This document shows, piece after piece, positions 14,301 to 24,670 of a stretch of 64,000 nt of DNA. The notes beneath the pieces are model-generated. The model worked only from the letters and a program-made list of their open reading frames with translations. It searched no databases and was not told the DNA's origin. Origin of the DNA: Cyanidioschyzon merolae (lineage: Eukaryota); the NCBI GenBank assembly GCA_000091205.1, contig AP006490.2, one strand, 5' to 3'. The first letter of the stretch is position 1; every line of letters starts with the position of its first letter. A program made the translations under genes and the position numbers.

Positions 14301-15505
14301 AGCGCCGGATGAGCGCGGTAGCGCGTACGCTGAGCGCTGGCGCCTTCGCTGGTGTCTGGGATGATGCGCTCGCCAGCGCCTTGTGCACTGCTGTGCAGGA
14401 GCGGTGCTAGCGTAGGCTGCCAGCTCCACGCACTCGGCCAGAGCGGGTGCGGTGGTGGTGTTGGCGGCCACATGAGCGGCCGCGGCGCATGGTGGTGCCA
14501 CAGCGGTTGCTCTGGGTTCGGGGTGCGTTCATCGAATGCGTCGTACAGGTACGGATAAGCCTGGTGCAGTTCTGGAGCGCGACGTTGACCAGGCAGGATG
14601 GAATGCATACCGAGCTCCGTGAAATCGTCCCAGTCCTCCTGGAGCAGATGCGCGCCCTCGCTGTGCAAAGAGCCGGCGTGTAGGCTCTTACGTCGAAGGT
14701 TTGCACGCTCATGCTCGAGTCGATGCACTCGTCGCAATGTCAAGCGATTTCGCAGATAGAACTGACTTGGATCCAGATCGTTCGGGTGTGGCGCCCACGG
14801 CAAACTCATCCGGTAGAGCGCAGCACGCGCCTCCGGTGTGTGCAAATTCGCGGCGAGCTGTTGGATTCGCTCGTATTCAGCTGCCGCGTCTGCATCGTTA
14901 GCAAATGGTGTCGGCAGCGTTCGATGGTAGACAAACTCGCGGAAGCTCGGTGACGGCTCATCGTCGTCGAACGCCGGCACTTGCAAACGTACGAAGGAAC
15001 GCGTCAGATCTCGCTGCCGCTTTCCGCTGCTTGTCGAGGCGACGTGTGCCTCATGACGACGACGGTCGAGGTAGGCGCACCAACGCGCCCATTGGGCCCG
15101 ATGAACGACCTCGGGGACTCGACGTGAACCCTCGATAAAAGCCAACGCACCAGTGTGATGGAAAATCACGGGTACAAACCGCGTTGGCTCCCAAGGGGCC
15201 GGCATGTGTTCCAGCCATTTGTACACCGCGTGCGGAAGGTAGCGGAGCGCGTTCAGTGTCAGTGCATCTGTGTTCCGGGAGATATGTCGGTCTCGGTTAC
15301 CACGGTGGGCACTGTTTTCCAGGTCATTTTCGCTTCGCTCCAACTCGATCCGTGCAAGACTCGCTAGTTTGCGGAAAATATCGGGGGAGGTATACGGTTT
15401 GAAAAATGGCTGATCCGCTCCGAAAGCACGGCGTGGCCGCTTTCGCTTCAGGTCCAGCGTCTGATCTGCCTCTTCGTCGCGTCCGAAAAACGCACGTTTG
15501 GGCAT
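8318..15505 (-). CDS. PRP8: pre-mRNA splicing factor PRP8 (U5 snRNP), unusually divergent, intronless
   Basis: PRP8 signature blocks are present: [39 protein letters not shown] (GPGCGFW in human), [63 protein letters not shown] and a C-terminal MPN-like tail. Roughly 50% identity to human PRP8 in the core, by eye. The track start 15514 is TTG; the first ATG is 15505. Ends with TAG at 8318-8320. Confidence 0.9.
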   Translation of the reverse strand: [2395 protein letters not shown]

Positions 15506-16739
15506 GAGATACAACGACTCGTACGAGGAAGGATGTGCTCGTGGATTACTTGCGACGAAACACGGAGTTCAGCGTGCTCGCTCTCAGCCTGAACTAGCAC
15601 TCTCCGCGTGTTTCCGCGGCGCTAAAACAATGCTCCAGACTAACGACTGATCATAATCATTATCAACCAGACGGCAATCCTTCGAACCGAACAGCGACAA
15701 AGTCGTTGACGCTCCAACAGGTCCTGGGAACGGCAGCAACTGCCGAGTGCTTTGCGCGACTTTGGAAGGCGCGACGCGTTCACAGAAACCGGCGCTGTAG
15801 CGTGCACCCCTCGCTCCAAGAAGAAAGTGTCAACTGCGACGCCTGGTTTGTGCGCAACCTTTTCGAGGTTCTGCACCACGAAAGAGTGCGTCTTATGCTG
15901 TTCAGAGGAAACTAGTTGCAGCAGCAGCCGCGGCAGTCGTCGGACGACAGGGTTTACAAAAAAGACGGAACTGCGACTTGTGTGCGACGCCCGCTGCCGC
16001 TCCGGTGGTGCTCAGAAAGTCGATGCGCGAGGTTGGTTCACGACGCTGCGGGGTCTGCAGGTGCTAGGCGATCTCGTATGCCGAAGAGCACCACGTCGGA
16101 TAGTAGTGCTGTCTCCAGCTGGCTCTCGCGTGGTTACCGACACACCAAGCCACTTTTTTAACGGATATGGTGTAGGCACCAGGTGACAGCGTAAACACTC
16201 GTTCGTTTGAACAGGAACACCAGCAGCACAGCTGCGCTGTGCTGTCAGGGAACCCAAGTTCCGCTCCCGTGGTGGTGCTTATCTTCATAGGTTTCCGACA
16301 CCCGTGTCAGTTAGAAATGGACCGCTGGACTACTCGCTGTGTGCCTGGTTTTCGATCTTGCGAATCTTTACTAGATATACAAGCACGACATTCACAGTGC
16401 GGCAATAATGGTATAGGAATTCATAGCTAGTTCTTCAGGATTCTTGGTCATGGTTTCCGAATGGGTTCTTCGACGTTTTGTTGCAGGAATTGCTCACGTT
16501 ACCGAAAACACGATGATTCGCGACGCCATCCAACAAGGTCTCTGACCATGATCGATATCATGATCCAATGTAAAGGTACAAGTCACAATTCTTCTCTTTT
16601 TCTCATGTGCAGTATGCTCGAATCACGCATGCCTCAACTCGTCGATGTTTGCGATACAAGGCAACTCGTAGGCACAGCAATTTGCACCGCTCGACTGACG
16701 CACGGGAAAAGCAATCGACTTCGCCCGGTGACGATTTAT

Positions 16740-17950
16740 TCACAAGCTCAGGCCGAAAGTTCACTGTAATCGCCACGTTCGATGATCGATTCGGTTCGGA
16801 ATACGAATCCTCCAGTCTTTATGGCCATCGAGCGAGCCGCATTCGAGAGCAGCAGCGTGATGCCTCTCACGGAATGTGCTCCCAGAGGCTTCCGTGTCTT
16901 CTGTTTGCATAGAAAGTGAGGCCCTGTGCTCGGACTTGCGTCATCGCAGCGAACACGTCCGGTAGAGTGCGTAGCGCCGCTTTGCATGCAGGAAGCATAG
17001 ACGGATTCAAAATTATCGACTTGTTCTCCAGCCTTGACTTTCCTTTCGGTCCGTGCCACATTATCAACAACATCGCATTCCATAAATCCATGATCAAATG
17101 GAATTACTGGTGCTTGCTTGTGTAGAAGATCCCGAACTAGCCGAGAGGTTATGCCCCAGCGAAGATCGCCATCGTCAGGGACGGCACCAAGCGCGAAAAC
17201 GGAAAAGGGCATCATGTGAAGCCTGATCTACCTCTTGAAGGGCATGGACAGAGCGGTGAAGCAAACGATCATGCGCTGCTAGGTAGCATTCGAAAGAGAA
17301 GATGTGGTCGAAGTCTTGGAACACTTGACCGCAGTCACATGTAACCGTTGCAAAGGGCGCAACGAAGCTTTTTACAAACAAGATCGACATAGCCCAGGAT
17401 GCGCGTAGATTGCAACTGGCGCATGTACAAGACCTGCGTTGGCAACAGCCGGGACTTACGAACTCTGGACTTGCACACTGCGAGCAGCATTCTGCGACTG
17501 CTGACGACGGAGCATGAGCGAGGTGAAAACCCAGCGTATTGAAAGCTGAGCATAAGAGAGAGGAGGCGGAAAGCGTCGCGGAAGCAAGGCCTGCAAAGCT
17601 TGTGTTGATGAAACTTGGAAAATGCCCAAGCATGCGCCTGCACGCCAGTCTCAGCAGAGTGCACCATTAGCATTTCATTCTGAATCCAGCGTACGGCATC
17701 CCGCAGCGCGTTAGCGCTCGTTGCACATGGCGATGAATGACGGCCATCGCTGTTCATTGTCAAAAGACTAGATCCGCGCGCTGCGTCGCAACCAGTCGGT
17801 CCCTGGGCCGCACCTATGGTGCGACGATGCATACCCTGAGCTTTCAGTGCACACAGATAGGCTCTAGATCCCCGCACGGTATCGGTGATGGATAAGCAGC
17901 GACGCAAAACGCTCGGAATACGAAGGATGAAGCTTTGCCTGCCTCGCATT
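16740..17950 (-). mobile_element. TnpB/Fanzor-like element, family 2, copy a (degenerate, with frameshifts); inverted relative to copy b at 26.1-27.4 kb
   Basis: Homologous to 26140-27355 at both nucleotide (~75%) and protein level. The segment contains the helix before RuvC-II (DRLLHRSVHALQEVDQ, cf. TnpB [20 protein letters not shown]), a WG segment (ALGAVPDDGDLRWGI, cf. LALSISDAGWGEF), a GSRAYLCALKAQGMHRRTI block (cf. TnpB GSARYGKAKTKLARIHKRI), and a C-terminal LLLSNAARSMAIKTGG where the DRDxNAAxNI Asp is replaced. A ~25-nt 3-prime tail after the stop (gtgaactttcggcctgagct) is conserved between the two copies. Confidence 0.4.
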
Positions 17951-18620
17951 CCAAATACTTCCCATCATGTGGACGCAGTTGAGCGTTTTTTGGACAGCGA
18001 CCAACGTCACCAGGAACCCGGTATGCTGTAGAACTGAGTGTGAGCAGGGTGCATTACGTGTCAGCTACCTGCGATGTTCAGACCGCGTGAGAGCCGTCCA
18101 GAGCAGCGCACCTGCGTATCGTACGATACTCGTTGCCGATCCCAAATGCTATGCAAATGCTGTAGATATGAAGCATGCGGTTCACTTCCATAGCGACATG
18201 TCGTATGGAAAAAGATGACGTCTGCACGCTGGTTTTTCCTCATATACTGCAGTGCCCTCAAATCGTTCACCTTGCACAAAGGCGTACCGATCTGAACGCC
18301 CCAGGCGAGCAGATCGAGCTCGACGCTGCCCAGCAGCTAATGATTCCCGTTTCAGACATGGTTCGCATTCCGCTGAAGCGGGTGTGTGGATGCTGTGCGA
18401 TCCCTCGTGTTGGGTGACGCGCTGCAACACGCCCGGTATTCGAAAACAAAGCGTACTCTTCGTACAGCCTTGGTTGGCTCGGGCTGAGCGGCGGTACGCG
18501 TCGCTGCAGACGGCGTGCGTCGCTGGACTCCCGGTTGCGACTGTGGCACTGCGGAGGCGGCTTTCACTGTGCGCTGGCCAGCGAACTAGCGTATTTTGGT
18601 GCAACGCACAGCGCATCAAC

Positions 18621-20165
18621 ATGTCCCGTAAGCTCAAGTCCGTAGCGACTGCCTCCACCGTCGAACCGGAACGAGTTCGCGTGGCCAACACGAAGCCGGT
18701 CTACCCAGACAGGCGCTACGTGCTCTATTGGGTACAGGCGTCGCCGCGGATTCTCGAAAATCACGCTCTGGAATATGCTATTGAACGAGCGAACGCTTTG
18801 AACAAACCATTGGTCGCGTGCTTTGGTGTGACGGATAAGTATCCCGAGGCGAATCTTCGCCACTACCGTTTCCTACTCGAAGGACTCTCTGAACTCTGGG
18901 AGGATCTGCGCAAGAAGCGAGGCGTGGCGTTTCATGTCTTGTACGGCCCACCGGATGAGGTGGCTGCACAATGTGCTCGCGGAGCTGCCTGTGAGGTCGT
19001 CACGGACCTCGGTTACATGCGCATCCAGAGGCAGTGGCGAGAGCGGCTCGCCCAGGCCCTGGACTGCCGCTTGACGCTCGTGGAATCCGAAGCCGTGGTA
19101 CCAGTAGAGCTTGCCTCAGAGAAACACGAGTTTGCAGCTCGCACGCTACGTCCACGAATCTGGGCTTACATTCAAAGGTTTTGCGTGCCGCAAGCGCCGC
19201 AAACATTGCACCACTCGCAGCTGGAAATACCAGTTGATCACGGACCGTATTCGGAGCTGTTCGAAGAGTGCCCTATTGACGACAGCGAAGCGCCAGAACG
19301 CATTGATGCGGCACTAGAGCGTCTCGAGTCGCTAGATCGATCGGTGCCGGCAGTCTCACGTTACTTTCGGGGCGGTACCAGTGAGGCTCTGCGGCGTTTG
19401 GAGATTTTCTGCAGTACAAAGTTGTCCTTTTATGGCGAAGGGCGCAACCAGCCCCAGAGTGACCATACGAGCTGCCTGTCTGCGTACTTGCATTTCGGTC
19501 AGATATCTCCTATCACCATAGCATTGGCGGTTTGGTCACGAAAAGAGACTCCCCGAGAGTCCCGTGATGCCTTCATTGAAGAGTTGATTGTGCGGCGCGA
19601 GTTATCGTTCAATCACTGTTGGTATCGTCCGGATGACTACGATAAACTGGATAGTCTGCCCGAGTGGGTCCATCGAACGTACGCGGAACACCGCGATGAT
19701 CCACGCGAGCACTTGTACGATCTCGCGAGTCTCGAGCAAGCGCAAACGCATGATCCGTACTGGAACGCTGCACAAAAGGAAATGGTTCTCACGGGCCGCA
19801 TGCACGGCATGATGCGCATGTACTGGGCTAAGAAAGTGATCGAATGGACGCCATCCTGGGAATGTGCCTTTGACTGGCTGATTTATCTCAACAACAAGTA
19901 CGAGCTGGATGGTCGTGATGCGAACTCATTTGTTGGGGTGCTGTGGTCCTTCGGTTTACATGATCGAGCGCATGCCGAGCGAGCGATTTTTGGCAAGCTT
20001 CGCTGGATGTCGCGAGATGGCCTCGAACGCAAGTTTCCCATGCATGCGTACCTTGAGCGGATACGGGCCCTCGACAATGGCGCTTCGTGGGAGGATGCGG
20101 TATCTAGTGCAGCCTCGGCGACGAAAGATGATGGAAAGAAGCGCATCAAGCGGCCCCGTCGGTAG
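18621..20165 (+). CDS. class II CPD photolyase (deoxyribodipyrimidine photolyase)
   Basis: Shows the class II photolyase blocks YVLYWVQASPRILENHALEYAI, SAYLHFGQISP, FIEELIVRRELSFNHCWY, MHGMMRMYWAKKVIEWT, YLNNKYELDGRDANSFVGVLW and FGKLRWMS. The track ORF 18252 has an implausible Arg-rich leader; the first sensible ATG is 18621 (MSRKLKS...), giving ~514 aa. Confidence 0.9.
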   Translation: MSRKLKSVATASTVEPERVRVANTKPVYPDRRYVLYWVQASPRILENHALEYAIERANALNKPLVACFGVTDKYPEANLRHYRFLLEGLSELWEDLRKKRGVAFHVLYGPPDEVAAQCARGAACEVVTDLGYMRIQRQWRERLAQALDCRLTLVESEAVVPVELASEKHEFAARTLRPRIWAYIQRFCVPQAPQTLHHSQLEIPVDHGPYSELFEECPIDDSEAPERIDAALERLESLDRSVPAVSRYFRGGTSEALRRLEIFCSTKLSFYGEGRNQPQSDHTSCLSAYLHFGQISPITIALAVWSRKETPRESRDAFIEELIVRRELSFNHCWYRPDDYDKLDSLPEWVHRTYAEHRDDPREHLYDLASLEQAQTHDPYWNAAQKEMVLTGRMHGMMRMYWAKKVIEWTPSWECAFDWLIYLNNKYELDGRDANSFVGVLWSFGLHDRAHAERAIFGKLRWMSRDGLERKFPMHAYLERIRALDNGASWEDAVSSAASATKDDGKKRIKRPRR

Positions 20166-20569
20166 GGTGCTCGAAGCGCTCGCTGACTCGCGTCGCGCTG
20201 CGGGTGATGATGCCTGCCCCCAGCGTTTGCTTCGAAGCCCTACGTAATGGAAGTGTATCACAGCAAAAGTCGTCAAGCGGAATGGGAAACGCACCAAGCG
20301 CCGTGAGATATGAAAACGTCTTCATCGTGCGGCATCAGGGAATCGAGCTTGACTCGCTCGGAAGCAGGGATCCTGATGGTTACCAGGCTACTGCACACAC
20401 GACTTGCGCTGAGGGCACCTAATCGGAATCTCGTTCTGCAGCACTAGATGCCAGATGAGGCACCTGCGTGTTTCTCAGGACGTCAAGCGTGTAGCTGTGC
20501 ACTCCACTTGAGCGTCACAGCCTCGGGAACGGTTACCGTACCCATGCGGAAAATGTTTCGGGGGTCGGT

Positions 20570-22260
20570 TCATCGACGCTGCTGACGCGGGCACGCGCCG
20601 ACGACAAAGTCGTTCTTCGGCACCTCCTGCATCGCAGGATCCGCTGCCTTGTTTTCTCCATGCCTCACCGAGGGTGGCGACGAAGACTGAACGCGACGAT
20701 CTACCTTCAAGCGCCGATAGTGTACACATATGGCTACTCCATCGGTTTCGATCATACCAGTATACCTTTTGCTTGCTCGTTTTGACACGTTGGAAATCGA
20801 AGATATATTCTTCAAGTGCGTCTCACGGCTTTCGGCGGCGAATTCTATCTTCCATACATCGAACTCCGATCTGATCTCCTTCATGATGCGGTAGAGGATT
20901 CTGGAGTCGATAGCCACAAATTGTGACTTGATGCTGCACAACGGAACGACACGGAAGTACTTACCCATTAGGGCAGCCTGCCGTTTCTCTGAATCTTCAT
21001 TTTTCCCCCTTCACCTGCCTCCATCTCCGCCTCGCGTTCGAGTTCTCGGTTCAGGAACACGATATAGCGCAGGATGAGGGGATAAAATCTATTTTCATCT
21101 GTTTTCATATATGCTACCTGTTCTGCTGGGTTGACCAGCCCCAAAACTGCACGGTGCTCTTGAATAGGCCCACGGGTTCCAGGAGCGCCATTCTTTCTCC
21201 TGTGTGATGTGCTCTCGTCGACGAATTCGATTTCCTTTTCATTCTTACTATCGTTAGTGATGCCATCGATGATGGTCCATCTTGCCCTGCGAGAGCGGCC
21301 TGGGTACAGCGCAATGATGGAGCGTACAATGAAGCGTTTGAGGTTCACGATCATGTAGTTCCTCCGGTTCTTGAAGTACTTGATCGCCGCGTAGGTGTAA
21401 ATATCCGCGTTACCCCTTATGTTGCGTACCGTCGCAGCGGTATTCGGGCTGGATTTCGTGGGGGCCATATACTTGCTCATTTGTCCTCGATGTATCCCCC
21501 GTGCTAAGCACCAGATAGCTGATGAATGTCTTGTCGAAAAATTCTTACGGAACCTCGACTGTTCTGATGTCTATCACGTCGCGATGGATCTCCTTCACCA
21601 AACGCACTAGTCATGAAGAAACCTTCTTAATAATCGATGAGTACGACTCGACAAGGTTTCTGATGCCCTGTTGGAACTTTTGCTTGCACGGATCCTTGAT
21701 ACGTCCGAGAGGAGTGGCTTTCACCACCATCTCGTCGTCCTGTTGTCGTTCGTGCAGCTCGTGACGTCTGACCTCCTCCTTTTGCTTCGTCGTCTTTTCC
21801 TGTTCCTAACTGCTCCGCTGTGTTTTTCGTTTTTTTCCGGCAACCGGCGATACCTGCCCTCCAGCATCCTGCATTTCGTTCTCCATGACATCCCCTTTTT
21901 ATTTTTGTTTTGGAAAACAACTCACTTTGAAAGCTCCTGCTATAAAACGCGAGAAACCACTTGAAAACACTAATTTGAGGGCTAAAACCCCATCGAAATG
22001 AAAGACTGTAACTTTTTATGACTTCAAGGCACATACAACTTGTGCATCAGAACAACAAGTCATTGAATGGTTAAGATCGCGTTTCCCTTCAACGGCGGCA
22101 TACGCGTCGTGTCTCATGCCTGCCAGGTCTCCCAGGTGCGCGTATCGATAAAAGACACGTGTCCGACGCCGCATTCGCACATGCGTGCTCTCACCGGCGC
22201 TCTGCGGCACATGCGGCAGCTGGTAATTTAAGAAAAACGAAAAAGCGGACATTCCCGCGC
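20570..22260 (-). pseudogene. TnpB/Fanzor-like element, family 1, copy A1: N-terminal (WED/REC-like) half only, ending just before the RuvC-I position
   Basis: ORFs 21627-22034, 20968-21480 and 20570-20968 (-) are collinear homologues of 40462-41825 (+). Shared segments include [100 protein letters not shown] and [30 protein letters not shown]. There is a TAA where copy B2 has Asp, and an indel in a G-run at ~20990. Homology stops at ...DFVVGA. Confidence 0.6.
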
Positions 22261-23760
22261 GGATGATCTGAGCTTACAGACTTTCAATTCTATTGCGTTT
22301 CGCCCCCGCTGCAGTGTATATGAGGACGTCGAAATAACTGTGCAACTTACCGTATATATCGTAGGTAAATTGTCTGCAGGATATATTCATTACTGAACAG
22401 CTCATGGAGGACTGCGTTCATCCTTCAGGTCAGTCGCACAATAATACGCAGATGGTTGATGAACACTGAAAGTAACAAGTAGGTAAGCACCGCACCAAAA
22501 ACTGGTATTCTCAAAGACTGCTAGCGATCAGTGGTAGAGAGCGACTCTTCGCTCACCGTACGGAAAGTTGGAGCGACGATAGAAGCCACTGCGACCGTCT
22601 CTGTTTCTCAACAGCTTGTTCACATTGCCCTGAAAACGCTGGGATACATTCGCAAAAGAAGACTCCATTCATTCACGGCCACCTTCCACCGGAATTGTAA
22701 CGACAGCGCTCCGGGTACCCAGCGATCGGTATGAAGCACAGGGTCGCCGGGTTTGCTTTTCCATTCGTTGAGACTTTCTTCGGACGCAACGGTCGGAGTA
22801 TGTATGGGTATTCGCGAAGCAGGGCCCCCGTTGTAAATACGATCGAAATCGAAGAGAACGAGGATATCTTCATCAGTCTTAGCTGCAGTGGATTCATTTG
22901 ACGGCCTCAGTTTCGCACCTACGGAAGGCGCATACAACAGAACCCTCTTCGTCGGATCATCGAAGACTTTTCTCAGACGTCTGGTGACGTCCTTCGATTC
23001 CACAATGTTGCATTTCACCATTCCCCTTGCATTCGAGTTTTTACTGAATCTTTCGGGATAGAGCTGCTTTCCATTCCTCCGTGCGCTCCTTGATTCAACG
23101 CCATCGAGGGAGCATTTTGTATCGTGAAACGTAATGATCGCTTTCCTTGCCGAATCGCTGAAGCGTCCGGCGTACGGTGCCACACCAGGGGCGCATTTCG
23201 TCTTTTTTCCACACGTCCTTCTCTGTCCATGCAGGTTCTCACCTTAGTGCATCAAGAAGTGTGTTCGTTTTGAAGAAATACAATATCCAAGAGATTAGCT
23301 GGGGTGTACACTCCAGAAGGTCGAGATAGAGAGTGGCCAGCGAAGCGCTTCGGCGATAGAAAAGCACGAAGAGGTGGCAGAGCAGCAAACGGCACAGAGA
23401 GAACCTGTTCGAGGAATCTTTGCATTAGTGCGTCCAACCAGAGGCAATCAACGTACGGAGTTCGTGGACCAAGACTTCAACGCCGTCATCCATATCAAAC
23501 GATGCGTGGTGCGGATGACGAGATTCGCGGACCTGATACGATCCAACTTTATGGGCCAGCCGCTCAGGCTCAACGTGTACAAAGAGAAATTGGAATCGAT
23601 AGCAGGGGTCCGGTCTTTAACGACTGGGAGGCGTCTGCACGTCGGTATTCATTTACCCTCCATAACTGTGAAACATTTAGTGTTTCACTGACTCTACAGA
23701 AGACGGCAATGGACTTGGGCCTGTGTCCCCTTAAGGATCGATTGCATTGAAGCATGGGTC
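22260..23760 (+). pseudogene. TnpB/Fanzor-like element, family 1, copy A2: 5-prime-truncated unit carrying the C-terminal RuvC-III region; head-to-head with A1
   Basis: Nucleotide-collinear with 38170-39600. ORF 23374-23691 carries RTEFVDQDFNAVIHIKRC (RuvC-III-like, Asp at 23473-23475) and a conserved tail ...RSNFMGQPLRLNVYKEKL. Frameshifts relative to copy B2. Confidence 0.55.
23374..23691 (+). pseudogene. RuvC-III-bearing C-terminal fragment of family-1 TnpB/Fanzor-like gene (copy A2)
   Basis: Shows EFVDQDFNAVIHI, which fits the TnpB DRDxNAAxNI pattern. Confidence 0.5.
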
Positions 23761-24670
23761 TCCGCTTTGCACCAAGGCGACATAGACTGATAGAAATATC
23801 TGGATGAGTTCCCAATCTTTGGTTTTTTCGGGTACTTATCGCATCATGGACAACATCGCGCACCGCAAATCCTCGATTCACTGGAACAGTGAGCGCTTGC
23901 GTGTGCAGCTGACAACGCACTCGCATACGGGATTGTACAGAAGAAGCGCGCCATAGCACGGTGCGACACCGGCGAAGTAGATTGCATCTATCCCTCTGGA
24001 CCCTTCAACGGCATATACCAAGCTATAAACCAAGCGTTTTCGTGCTACAGGGCGACACTGGAATTACGCAATGTGGTAGACGCATAGGAACATCTCATGA
24101 GAGTCAGGTGTCACGGTTGCGAAGCGCTCAGCGAGGCTGTGTACCTAGAACTTGAAACAGGCCTGCGAAGCGTAGGTCGCAACTCTCGCATCTGCACGGA
24201 ATGCACCAACGACTGGCAGAAGCGGTGAAATCGGGACCCGGACACTGCTATCCACAGCCTTTCGACAACGAGCAACGGAACTGGAGGGAAGGAATACCCC
24301 AATACATATAAAAACGTAGATGAAACAGTGGAAAAAGAGACCAGTTGAAGAAAAAGCTCCCAATGACTGGTATTGATGATCGTAGGAAAACCCGTAAACA
24401 CTGGAGTGTATGCCGCAGTCAGCAAAACGGACCCTTTCCAGGGTCGTCTGACATGACAGCATCTGGAGAATCCACGAATGCGCAGCTGCAGCAGAGGCAA
24501 CGGCAGCGGCAGCAGCGGATGGGCGTGCTCTTCACCAAAATCACGCAGCGGCGCGCTTTTCCGGCAGCGCGCTCGAAGCCGCGATGGTGAGAACAAGATT
24601 CACACAGGAACTGCCGCGGAACACAGGAACCAGACGAGTATTTGTTGCGTGACTTGTTCGACAGAAGCCC

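Noticed and set aside
17290-17400. Short ORFs conserved on both strands of family-2 (EHLTAVTCNRC on +, ATVTCDCGQ on -)
   Set aside because: The double-strand conservation comes from nucleotide-level homology around an ACATGT palindrome. Only the strand that carries the TnpB-like helix and the LLLSNAA tail gives a collinear protein.
22620-23183. 187-aa - strand ORF antisense to the family-1 short unit A2
   Set aside because: The homologous copy B1 (38.5-39.1 kb) has no corresponding - strand ORF, so the frame is not conserved. The + strand carries the conserved RuvC-bearing reading frames.
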